A stretch of DNA of 64,000 nucleotides from Endomicrobiales bacterium (lineage in GTDB: Bacteria; Elusimicrobiota; Endomicrobiia; Endomicrobiales; CAWCFT01). This document shows positions 20,791-29,950 of this stretch, in pieces (position 1 is the stretch's first letter; every line of letters begins with the position of its first letter). The position numbers were made by a program, and so were the translations under genes. The stretch is taken from contig CAWCFT010000008.1 in assembly GCA_963794945.1 (NCBI GenBank), positions 1 through 64,000 of the forward strand. The letters are read 5' to 3'. Under the pieces are notes generated by a model. That model was given only the letters and a program-made list of their open reading frames with translations. It was not told the DNA's origin and did no database searches.

Positions 20791-21420
20791 TATAGCAGCC
20801 ATCCAATTCCATTGACCACTTAGAAAAAAATAAAACCCGGCTTTTTGAATATAAGCCAGGTTTCGTAATATATAACAATGAGTTAGCTGCGAGCTTAATA
20901 TATCTCCTCTGGGCCTGCTAAAAAACAAAAGCATGAACACACAGTATAAAACCGTTTGTAAACGCATCGATCCGAAAAGTTTCAGCAATCCGGGTATAAA
21001 CATTGTTCCCGTTTGCGGTATAAACACCCCCGCTTGGCAGATGTTCAACTGAAACTCTTTTATATTCTGCATCTGGTCAAGGCTGAGAATTGAAAAATCT
21101 GAGGAAGAATTCCCCGGTGTTTTTGCCTTGCCGCCGTTCTTATTGCTGCTGTGGCGCGGTTGAGCTTTATCGTTGAAAAGAAGGTTCGCGAGTTCTACGG
21201 ATATCTTATTCGGCAAAGCGAACAAATGCAGGAAAACCGTCTGGCTGCCCATGGCAAGCGCGACTACGTCATAGTTCTTAAGCTCAATAATCGCTCGCGG
21301 GCAGAAACTGTTCATTGATATGCAAAGAAATATCACCGCCGCGAGGAACCGCTGCTTCCCTGCGGAGAATGAAAATAAACTTGATATAGTACCTGCAATG
21401 CTTGCTTGCGCTGTTTTCAT
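20623..21420 (-). CDS. Hypothetical membrane protein upstream of the giant gene (possible leader ORF); C-terminal ~60 aa run through the repeat cassette
   Basis: Two hydrophobic segments (FLAAVIFLCISMNSF; TVLYCVFMLLFFSRPRGD). Confidence 0.55.
   Translation of the reverse strand: MKTAQASIAGTISSLFSFSAGKQRFLAAVIFLCISMNSFCPRAIIELKNYDVVALAMGSQTVFLHLFALPNKISVELANLLFNDKAQPRHSSNKNGGKAKTPGNSSSDFSILSLDQMQNIKEFQLNICQAGVFIPQTGTMFIPGLLKLFGSMRLQTVLYCVFMLLFFSRPRGDILSSQLTHCYILRNLAYIQKAGFYFFLSGQWNWMAAIKIKYQSSKIKNAYKNSKVNSKPGTVLWKIKNQKTKIKMTSQSLKMSSNPGFISLP
20822..20863 (-). terminator. Intrinsic terminator-like hairpin inside the leader ORF
   Basis: Minus strand AAACCTGGCTT-atattcaaa-AAGCCGGGTTT followed by TATTTTTTT. 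Confidence 0.65.
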
Positions 21421-21471
21421 ATCATTCTCTTGTACGATACGGCGGTAATATCAATTTTCTGTGCTGGTTAT

Positions 21472-21575
21472 ATTAAATATCAAAAATCAAATGTCAAAAG
21501 TGCATCTCAAAATCCAAATATTTTTAATCTTTAATCTGTATTTTTAATATTTGATTCTTGATATTTGATATTTTT
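21472..21575. repeat. Family-A palindromic periodic element (empty, no gene)
   Basis: ATATCAAAAATCAAATGTCAAAAGTGCATCTCAAAATCC...TTTGATTCTTGATATTTGAT. Confidence 0.8.
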
Positions 21576-21616
21576 AAAGTTTGGCTATACAATAATACTT
21601 GAATATTTAATTATTT

Positions 21617-21988
21617 TCAAGCCCTATTATTCAGGCTTTTTAAACCTTTAATAACATCGAACAGCTTCTTGAAATTTATAGGCTTAGAAATAAATTCTTC
21701 GGCGCCTTTATTCTTTACATCTATGCCTTCATCGCTTGACGAGATTATTATCACCGGTATCTTTCTGGTGCGGGGGTCCGCCTTTATGCCTTCGAGGATC
21801 CTGATACCATTCGCATCGGGAAGGTGAATATCAAGTGTTATAACATCAGGCCGTTTTTCTTTTATGTCTTTTACCGCTTCGGCGCCGGTGTAGGCGATTG
21901 TAACCTGATAACCCTCGCCGTCAAGCCGGTCTTTTATAAGTCCCGCAATGCTTTCTTCATCTTCCACGATAAGAATTGCGTTTCCCAT
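21617..21988 (-). CDS. Single-domain response regulator (CheY-like receiver)
   Basis: ILIVEDE, TLDIHLPD, FISKP motifs. Confidence 0.9.
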   Translation of the reverse strand: MGNAILIVEDEESIAGLIKDRLDGEGYQVTIAYTGAEAVKDIKEKRPDVITLDIHLPDANGIRILEGIKADPRTRKIPVIIISSSDEGIDVKNKGAEEFISKPINFKKLFDVIKGLKSLNNRA

Positions 21989-22102
21989 GTTGGTTTCCTT
22001 TTGCGCATTATTTTTATTTTTCTTTATGTATTATTCTTTTACAAAATTAGTAAGTAAAACAACAGAAATACTTGTGAAATATTTGCAAAACCTGAATTCA
22101 GA

Positions 22103-22345
22103 AAAATCAAATATAAAGAATCTCATGCCAGAGGCAGATCCGCCTTCGGAGGAAAAGATCAAAAATACATCTCATAATCCAAACCCCAGTTTGCTGAAAA
22201 ATACATTTTCAGGTTTCATTGCGAGAGCCCGCCAAAGGCGGATAAACTCCTCGACGCTTGCCCGCCGAAGATTTAGTGGCGGGTGGCAATCTCGCTTTTG
22301 CGTCGAAAATAAGAGATTGCTTCACCCTTCGGGTTCGCAAAGACG
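22103..22345. repeat. Cluster of nested palindromic REP-like elements
   Basis: A family-A arm is interrupted by GCCAGAGGCAGATCCGCCTTCGGAGG. TCATTGCGAG..GCAATCTC / GAGATTGC..TTCGCAAAGAC carries internal CCGCC/GGCGG hairpins. Confidence 0.65.
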
Positions 22346-22598
22346 GCATGTTCTAATAATTTTTCAACAATCTTAATTTGGATACATATTATAAAATCCT
22401 ATTGCAAATTAAGGTATTTTCTCTTATGCTATATCAACATATTACACAAGCCGCACTCTTTTGAGCCATAGAAAGTTAATAACAATCAAATATGTTTTTA
22501 CAAATATTTCACAACAATTTCATCAGTATTTTTAGCGCATATTATATAATGTCAATGACAAAAAAGAGTCCTGGCGCAATTTCACGAGGGCTAACCAT

Positions 22599-23777
22599 AT
22601 GGAAAAGATCAAAAACATTATCTGCTTACTTTCCTGCCTGGCCTGTACTATAAACTTCGCAGGAAGCCCGGTGGCGGCGGACATTATGCCGCCGACACAA
22701 GCGCAATCGGCATATTCTTTCGGGCCGGAGGGCCGGACAATAGACTCACTGCAGGATTTTGCCACACCTAACAAGATGATGAGCATTCTTCCTAACCGCC
22801 CGGTGGCTGCGACGGAAAAAGACGGCAGTCATGTCTTTTTTACTCCTGACGGCAATATGACCCTTACAATTTCACCGAACGGCACGAAAACATTTGCTCT
22901 TGGAGGAAACTGGAATACCCAGACATACGACGCCGAAGGCAACCTGCAGCAGCAGACCCAGCAGATAAAAGGGACAGATGAAACGTTGATCACAAACGAA
23001 AAAGGACAAACACTGGGGTATCAGGAGCTCGGTTACGGGGGCCAGGTTGTAAAAACCTATGACGCTCAAAAAAACCTTACATCAACCTATACATATGATA
23101 AGTACGCTAAAAACGTTTCATATGTTTTAAACGAGCTTTCAATGACAAAAACGGTTTACGGCTCAAACGGCCAGCCGCAGGAGGACATTGATTTTGAGGG
23201 CCACGTAATAGCCAGATATACTTCCGACCAAGAAGGCAGGCTGGCTACAAAGGTAGATAATGTAGGCAACACAACCTACTTTGACACGTACGGTAATATG
23301 ACTCATACAACCAATTACACAGGCTATACCACATTGGCCTATAATTACGCTAAAGACGATGACGGCCGTTATGTGCTCAATACAGCTGTAGAATACCCAA
23401 CCGGCGATACCACCTATTATACGAACGGCAAACAGCAGTATACAATGAACAGCAGCGGCGTCAAAACTACAGAATATTACTGGAGCGGCTCAACACTGGT
23501 CTATTCTTTTGACACAGGGCTTCAACAAACAACATACTATGACATTAACAACAAACAGCTATATACCGCAATTAACGGAACTATGCTACAGCAATGGCTG
23601 TACATGAACGGAAGGCTTGTAGGGTATTACGATGGCAACAACCATTCAACAATATTATACCAGTACGAGAGGAATGACATAACTGTTGCCACTGACAATG
23701 AACCGACCGCCGCGCAGATACAGCAATGGTATGACAGCGGCCTTATTGAAAAACTAAAAGGGGCCACGGCCAATTAA
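22599..23777 (+). CDS. Secreted YD/RHS-like repeat protein
   Basis: Signal peptide; repeated TYD.EG, TYTYDKY, TYFDTYGN, TYYD.N units. Confidence 0.75.
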   Translation: MEKIKNIICLLSCLACTINFAGSPVAADIMPPTQAQSAYSFGPEGRTIDSLQDFATPNKMMSILPNRPVAATEKDGSHVFFTPDGNMTLTISPNGTKTFALGGNWNTQTYDAEGNLQQQTQQIKGTDETLITNEKGQTLGYQELGYGGQVVKTYDAQKNLTSTYTYDKYAKNVSYVLNELSMTKTVYGSNGQPQEDIDFEGHVIARYTSDQEGRLATKVDNVGNTTYFDTYGNMTHTTNYTGYTTLAYNYAKDDDGRYVLNTAVEYPTGDTTYYTNGKQQYTMNSSGVKTTEYYWSGSTLVYSFDTGLQQTTYYDINNKQLYTAINGTMLQQWLYMNGRLVGYYDGNNHSTILYQYERNDITVATDNEPTAAQIQQWYDSGLIEKLKGATAN

Positions 23778-23859
23778 ATTTCTTACTTTTTTCACATTCA
23801 TTTTATAGCTTTTTCAATATTATAAGGTATAATCCAATCAAGAAAAGGAGATTTCCGAT

Positions 23860-23952
23860 ATGAAAGAACTGATAAAATATTTTAACCCAGGAGGTGAGTC
23901 CGCAAAGCCGGGCATGACGGGAATTAAAAAAATCTATCAAGGAGGAAACTAA
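23860..23952 (+). CDS. Candidate 30-aa small ORF MKELIKYFNPGGESAKPGMTGIKKIYQGGN
   Basis: TATAAT at 23828, AAGGAG at 23845; stop is 1 nt before the next ATG and the ORF covers that gene's RBS. Confidence 0.4.
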   Translation: MKELIKYFNPGGESAKPGMTGIKKIYQGGN

Positions 23953-23953
23953 A

Positions 23954-25256
23954 ATGAAGAACTTAATCAGATTGTTGAAAATGATGCTTGTTTGTGTTAC
24001 ATGTTTTTCACTGCCGTTAACATCGTTTGCCATGATGGAAGCTTCGAACAATACTGGCAGCGGCGGTGGCGGCACTACCATCTCTGAAACTGAACAACCC
24101 CTTAAAGTCGTACCCCCCGTTGTGCGCCTATAAACACAACTCCGGCACTCGGCAGCACCCCGGCGCTAATGCCCCCGACGGTATGCTTACCGAAGCTGTG
24201 TATACGGACGGCGTCTTGACAGGAATTATAAATTACTCGAATAACACCATTACTAATTACCAAGATGGACACCCCGTAACGCAAACCCGCAGTGATGGTA
24301 CTGTAGTTTTGACATATAACTACAACTCCAATGGAACGTTGGTCTCTACCCAAGGCCCATCATCCCAAGGCGGCGGCACTAACGGTACTGGAGGTGATTC
24401 AAATTTCTATGGTGATTTAACAACTTATGATGCAATGGGAGATGAGGTAAACACGACCCATTACCTACCGAATGGCCAAACGGAAGTAACAACTTATACT
24501 TACGCACAAGACAGCAACGGCTGTAACACAGGGCCGCTGTTAACTGCCACCTCCAATAGTCCCCTAAACGGGAAATCTGTAACAACTTATCATTACACAA
24601 ACGGCGCGATGGACAGTGCTACTACTGTAGGCACAGATGGCACATCTGTTACTACATATAAAGATGGTATGATGACGGGAACTACTCATACCAATACTTC
24701 TGGAATACAGGACTATTCGGTGAGCTATATTTATAATACCTCAACAAGACAACTGAGTAGTTCAACTACGACAATGGATGATTCGAGCGGCAAACCGAAT
24801 GGCACTTCCACTGTAACAACTTACGACAAGTTTGGTGACAAGACCCTTGATACAACTACTGACTCCACTGGCGGCGTTAGTTCAGTGGCGTATCAGTATT
24901 CCAGTGCGGGAGTTTTACTATATACTTGTTCTTGGAGTGGCCCTGCTAGTAGTCCGACTAGTACTCCAGTATACACTATCTGTATAAATGGCGACACAGC
25001 CAATAATGCCAATACATGCTCTCTTTCACAACTCCAGGCAATTATTGGTAATGATTCTGCTATGGCGCCAGTAACCATCGGCCCCGACGTAACGGCGCCT
25101 ACAACAACACCTACCACCACACCCAGTGGTAGCGGCAACACAGGTAGCGGCACCAGCAACAACAGCGATCCTACAGTAAAGAAACCTACCATTACTAAAC
25201 CTGCAGTCACTGGTCCTGAAAGTAGTGATGGAGCAAAAACAGCTCCAGAGTTTTAA
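23954..25256 (+). CDS. Secreted Thr/Ser-rich YD-repeat protein (frameshift near 24125)
   Basis: GGAGG RBS; signal peptide MKNLIRLLKMMLVCVTCFSLPLTSFA; continues in the 24066-25256 frame with TTYD..G repeats and a Pro/Thr tail. Confidence 0.7.
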
Positions 25257-25279
25257 CATACCAGTGTTAATATGATCAT

Positions 25280-25322
25280 AGAACTCTCCGGTGTGTTCAA
25301 ATCATGCCGGAGAGTTCTTGTT
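25280..25322 (+). terminator. Hairpin terminator
   Basis: AGAACTCTCCGG..CCGGAGAGTTCT just after the stop codon. Confidence 0.65.
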
Positions 25323-25556
25323 CCAGATGAATATAGCACAGAACCCATTTTCCAGCTACATCATCAGGATTGTGAGAGTTGACATGAATGATAATATTTT
25401 GTAGCATAAGCTAGCTGAATGACTCTTGTATTAGGCTTATTATTATGGAGCCACATATTGTAGGATTAATCGTAAATACACCCTAATAATATTTTAAATT
25501 AAATATGATTTTACTGATTCGCAGTGTTCAAATTAAGAAGCTTTAAAGGAGGAGTA

Positions 25557-25985
25557 ATGTTTAAAAAATCTTTAGTACTACTGGCAGTGTTTGTTATGGC
25601 GTTCGCCTTTTTCGCGTGCAAAAGGGCTCCCGTAATTAAAACTATAAGCGGAAAGATCGAATTACTGACAGTGGTTCCAAGCGTGCCACCATCAAGGCCT
25701 GGGAATGCCCGAAAAGAAGTCGCAGTAGTCCAAAATGACGGGAAAATAGTTTTTCTCTGGATAACAGGTGATAACCGTTTAGTTTTTTATGCAAATGAGG
25801 GAAAAGACGTGACACTGACCGGAGAAATTAAAAAGAAAGCCATGTATTACAACAGCAAAAAATACGATTTGCTGTTTGTTAGGCCAGGCACTACTTATTC
25901 AATAGCCGGTTCAACCACTACGACTGCCACCGATAGTGTGAGCCAAGTTATATTAAATATGAAGAAGAATCAAAAATCAAAATGA
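25557..25985 (+). CDS. Hypothetical lipoprotein
   Basis: GGAGG RBS; MFKKSLVLLAVFVMAFAFFA-C lipobox. Confidence 0.75.
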   Translation: MFKKSLVLLAVFVMAFAFFACKRAPVIKTISGKIELLTVVPSVPPSRPGNARKEVAVVQNDGKIVFLWITGDNRLVFYANEGKDVTLTGEIKKKAMYYNSKKYDLLFVRPGTTYSIAGSTTTTATDSVSQVILNMKKNQKSK

Positions 25986-25990
25986 CAGAA

Positions 25991-26075
25991 TAAAAATTCT
26001 CCAAGTTTAAACTTGGAGAATTTTTAAGTGCTTGAATATAAAAAGACAGTTGAAAATAAATCAACTGTCTTTTTA
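25991..26075. terminator. Two adjacent hairpins between convergent genes
   Basis: TAAAAATTCTCCAAGTTT/AAACTTGGAGAATTTTTA palindrome and AAAAGACAGTTGA..TCAACTGTCTTTT. Confidence 0.6.
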
Positions 26076-26259
26076 TACAATATGACAGGAAATAGTTTTG
26101 GATTTGAATTACTAAAACAATTGTCCGCGAAATCTTTAATCTGCCACTTCTTATAACATCCAAACGAAGCGGCACTTCTTACTGATGTTCGGTCGGGAAT
26201 CCAGAACAATGACATATGAATGACTTTTGGAAATGGATCCCCGACAGAAGCACTTTGGA

Positions 26260-26352
26260 GAAATCAAATATCAAACATCAAAAATACAGATTAAAAGTAG
26301 AAAATATTTGAATTTTGAGATGTATATTTAATGTTTGATTTTTGATATTTAA
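26260..26352. repeat. Family-A palindromic element (reverse orientation)
   Basis: Approximate reverse complement of the 21472 and 26748 copies. Confidence 0.75.
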
Positions 26353-26358
26353 GCTGAA

Positions 26359-26724
26359 TTATCTTATAACTATCAATTTTCCGGTTTTTGTCGCAGACGG
26401 TGTTTTCAGCACCCACAAATACACTCCGCTTGCAACGTAGTTGCCGGAAGCATTCCTACCGTCCCATGTAAACGAAGTAGTTCCGCTGTTGATCTGATCT
26501 TTTTCCACAAGATTGCCGCTAATGGTGTAAATAAACAGTTCCCCCTGAAGGTCGCCTCCGCTCGGGTTGGTCTGGAATGTTATCCCGCCAGCAAGCGTGC
26601 CTGTCTGCGTCCTGCCGGCTTCCGGAGCCCACGGGTTAGGCGCGGCAATAATATCCGCGGAATAAAGGCTGCATTGCGCGGATAATACGGTTATCAACAC
26701 CAACGCTAAAATTGTTTTTTTCAT
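26359..26724 (-). CDS. Signal peptide plus stand-alone FlgD-Ig / T9SS-CTD-like domain
   Basis: APNPW..IYTISGNLV..WDGRNASGNYVASGVYLW..TGKLIVIR. Confidence 0.8.
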   Translation of the reverse strand: MKKTILALVLITVLSAQCSLYSADIIAAPNPWAPEAGRTQTGTLAGGITFQTNPSGGDLQGELFIYTISGNLVEKDQINSGTTSFTWDGRNASGNYVASGVYLWVLKTPSATKTGKLIVIR

Positions 26725-26747
26725 GTTTTTCCTCCGATATAATACGA

Positions 26748-26847
26748 TATCAAATATTAAAAATCAAATGTCAAATATTCATCTCAAAATCCAAATATTT
26801 TTTATTTTTAATCTGTATTTTTGATATTTTATATTTGATTTTTGATC
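26748..26847. repeat. Family-A palindromic element (empty)
   Basis: 26749-26791 is identical over 43 nt to 20267-20309. Confidence 0.85.
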
Positions 26848-26853
26848 TCGCAT

Positions 26854-29010
26854 CTATTTAATCCTGTCCATTGCTCTTAATGATTCCGGCTTGTCGGGTT
26901 CATATTCAAGCGACCGCTGGAACATCTCCCGGGCTGTGCTCATATCACTGCGGGAAAAAGCATCCATACCCTTCTCGTAATATTTTTGCGCGAGGTTTTT
27001 GTTCAGTTTTGCGAACTCTTCAGCCGCGTCACGGTTATCCGGGTCATAATTCAAAGCCTTTTTGTATTCATCGTCTGCTTCCTCATACTTATTATTTTGG
27101 AAATAATCCAAGCCGGCCTTATAGTGGCGCTCCGCCAGTTCGGCCTTTATTATACCCTGGTATTTCCTGGTGTTTTCAAGGTACTTCGAGAACTGATATT
27201 TAACCGCCATATCCTCGCTTTTATTAAAATTGTCAAGCGCCGCAATATAGTTGCCCTTATCATAATAGCTTAAGGCCTTATCGTATATCTTGTCCATTTC
27301 AGGCTGCATCATCTCCTGTTCCTGCGCTATCCTGGCGGCTTCCTGCTCATCCTCCTGCTCTTTTAATACCTCCTCGCATTTGGCGGCAAGCTCCCGGGCG
27401 TCCGTCCTGTTTGGGGCCGCGAGAGCCACTGCGTTAAAATAGTTTAAAGCTTCCTTAAACTGCCTTTCTTTGTACAATTCCGCGCCTTTATCGAATATTT
27501 CCTTTACCTTGGCCGCCTCTATCTTGGAGAGCTGGCTGTCTATCTCTACCACCGCGTTTTTGGCATCCTGGTTTTCAGGGTCGATCTCTAATATCTGGTT
27601 AAGGTCTTCCTTGGCCTTTACAAAATCGCCTGTCTTGAAGCTTATGCCGGAAGCATCCCACAACTTTTCTATCTTGGCGCGGTTTAGCTTACGAGCCTCT
27701 TCATGTTTTGTTTCTTCCATTGATTTCCAAAGTTTTTCTATGCCGACCCTTGCATCCTCATTGTCAGGACTTAATGAAACCACATAGTTAAAATATTTTT
27801 TTGCGGTCACAAAATCATTGTTTTCTAATGCGGTGTTTGCTTTTTCAATATATTGATTTATTTTTCTATCTTTTTCAGCGCTGGCTTTTTCAAGTTTCGC
27901 CGCGATCTTTCCAAGATAATCCCTTGAAAGTTCATCGTCGGAGTAAATTGCAAGTATCTCTTCAAACTTCTGTCTTGCCGATATATAATCCCCCCTGTGA
28001 TACATGGCAACAGCCTCAGTTCTATGCTGCTTAAGGTAAAAATCCGACGCGGTCTTCCGGCTTACTATGCTTCCTATATCAACAGAGACAGAGACGAAAT
28101 TGATCGGGCTCAGGTCGTTTACCGGCATGAAGGCATAATCCAGCTTGAAATGCCCGAATTCAAGCCCCAACCCGGCTGTGAAACCTGAAAAAAGGCTGTC
28201 GGTGGTTTGCCTGTAACCGGCGTTTAACCTGAGAAAATAAAGCGGCATCGCGCTTATTCCAACAGAGCAGTATGCGTTCCCCGGGTTTGGCATACAATAA
28301 TCAAACACTGCAGCCAGATTATCGAAACCGGCATCCTTATATCCAAGCCCTATGTTGACCGATGAAGGCAAGGGATAAGTCTGCTCAATATATTTCATAT
28401 CCGCCCCGTAATTCTTTAACGCAAGCCCAGCCGTAATTCCATCGACAAAAGGGATATTATATATGCATCCTGCATCAATGACCAATGTTTCCGAATCATA
28501 GTAAGCAAGATTGCTTTCTAAAAATTTGGCTGTTATGCCAACAGAACCTATTTCGTTATATACCGGCGTATTCTGTTCTATCTTGAATGCGTAGCCAACA
28601 CCAACAACGGCGTCATAACTCTGGCTCACGTTCGCCGGCGTAAAATCGGCATTATAAGTATCGACTCCGGTGTAGTTCATTATGCCAAAAGAGAAAGCAA
28701 TGTTCCCTCCATAAGAAGAGGGCATCCCTATTCCAGCGTAAGTATAATATAGTCCGGCAGGATAAGCTGCTTCACAAAACGAGAACATATCTCGGTCAAT
28801 GCCTGAAAGCGCCGCAGGGTTGTTATTAGACGCGGATGGCCTGTTAGAGGTTAGCGCGATTGCATTTCCTCCCATCGAAACTGTTTCCGCGTCAGGCACG
28901 ATGTTGAGCAGGTCAGCCGCGTTTAGTCCGCCATTAGGCAAAGCAAAAACAGGCTGTTTTTCAAAAATAACAAATAACACCGCGGCGATAAGTATTGGTA
29001 GTATTTTCAT
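26854..29010 (-). CDS. PorV/PorQ-family beta-barrel fused to TPR repeats
   Basis: Signal peptide; LNIVPDAETVSMGG..NNPAAL, LKNYG..PLP, LDYAF motifs; C-terminal TPRs. Confidence 0.8.
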   Translation of the reverse strand: MKILPILIAAVLFVIFEKQPVFALPNGGLNAADLLNIVPDAETVSMGGNAIALTSNRPSASNNNPAALSGIDRDMFSFCEAAYPAGLYYTYAGIGMPSSYGGNIAFSFGIMNYTGVDTYNADFTPANVSQSYDAVVGVGYAFKIEQNTPVYNEIGSVGITAKFLESNLAYYDSETLVIDAGCIYNIPFVDGITAGLALKNYGADMKYIEQTYPLPSSVNIGLGYKDAGFDNLAAVFDYCMPNPGNAYCSVGISAMPLYFLRLNAGYRQTTDSLFSGFTAGLGLEFGHFKLDYAFMPVNDLSPINFVSVSVDIGSIVSRKTASDFYLKQHRTEAVAMYHRGDYISARQKFEEILAIYSDDELSRDYLGKIAAKLEKASAEKDRKINQYIEKANTALENNDFVTAKKYFNYVVSLSPDNEDARVGIEKLWKSMEETKHEEARKLNRAKIEKLWDASGISFKTGDFVKAKEDLNQILEIDPENQDAKNAVVEIDSQLSKIEAAKVKEIFDKGAELYKERQFKEALNYFNAVALAAPNRTDARELAAKCEEVLKEQEDEQEAARIAQEQEMMQPEMDKIYDKALSYYDKGNYIAALDNFNKSEDMAVKYQFSKYLENTRKYQGIIKAELAERHYKAGLDYFQNNKYEEADDEYKKALNYDPDNRDAAEEFAKLNKNLAQKYYEKGMDAFSRSDMSTAREMFQRSLEYEPDKPESLRAMDRIK

Positions 29011-29025
29011 AGCCTGTTTCCGGAG

Positions 29026-29895
29026 TTATTCTTCATCATTTTCTTCATGAAAGGCGCTTGCCAGCCTCTTAAGTTTTATTAATACTATCGCTTCAATGTC
29101 TTTAACTTTGGAAGGCGGTATTTTAAGCGTCTCACCGATCTCATTTAGGCCTGACACACTGCCGCCATTGAACCCGAACCTCATAGAAATGACTTTCTGT
29201 TCAAGCTGGGAGAGCTGGGCCATCAGCCTTGATATAAACTTGTCATCATCCATTCTGTCAAGTATAGCCTTGATGCCGTCAAGTTTCTTGTCTTCCACCA
29301 TATCACCGAGTTTTTCCTGTTTGTCTTCCTGGTCCATGTACATATCCAGCGATAGAGGCGTGGAAACGTTTTTTTTGTCTGAAAGCATCTCATTTACCGC
29401 GTCCTCGTCCAACCCAAGTTTTTTCGATATGTCCTTTATCAGCGGCGCCTTCCCTTTCTTCATACCGCTGTTAACAGCGTCTATGACCTGCCTCAAGTCG
29501 GACATGATCTTCGCGGGAACCCCTATAAGGTTTACGCTGGAAGTAATATATTCCTGGATATTTTTGATTATCCAAAACCATGAATATGTTGAAAATTTAG
29601 TGTTTTTTGAAGGATCGTACTTGTCAAGCGCCTCAAGAAGCCCGCGGTTACCTTCGGCCTCCAGCTCCATGATATCGATATTTGGGAAAAGATTATGATA
29701 CTTTCTGGCGATATTAGTGGCCCATGGAGAATATTTGGAAAGAAGCGCGTTCCTCGCCGACTCATCTCCGCGCTTAAATTTATTGAAAAGTATCTTTTCT
29801 TCAGACGGGAAGGCCGGCAGTAAGCGGCTGGATTGGCTCTTTAATGGTTTTTTTTTCAAATACTTTTTTTGCGGAGATTTTCTCTTTGGTGTCAT
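29026..29895 (-). CDS. Alternative sigma-70 family RNA polymerase sigma factor
   Basis: Region 2 EGNRGLLEALDKYDP..KFSTYSWFWI; region 3 PLSLD; region 4 VISMRFG..LNEIGETL. No region 1.1. Confidence 0.88.
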   Translation of the reverse strand: MTPKRKSPQKKYLKKKPLKSQSSRLLPAFPSEEKILFNKFKRGDESARNALLSKYSPWATNIARKYHNLFPNIDIMELEAEGNRGLLEALDKYDPSKNTKFSTYSWFWIIKNIQEYITSSVNLIGVPAKIMSDLRQVIDAVNSGMKKGKAPLIKDISKKLGLDEDAVNEMLSDKKNVSTPLSLDMYMDQEDKQEKLGDMVEDKKLDGIKAILDRMDDDKFISRLMAQLSQLEQKVISMRFGFNGGSVSGLNEIGETLKIPPSKVKDIEAIVLIKLKRLASAFHEENDEE

Positions 29896-29950
29896 AATAA
29901 TAGATCAAATTTATTATTTGTTCTCTTGCTGGATATTAACACTCTTTGAG

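Noticed and set aside
23885..23925. GTCCGCAAAGCC resembling a c-di-GMP-I riboswitch core
   Set aside because: No GGCAAAC/GAAA P2 elements or P3 stem visible; the region reads better as a small ORF.
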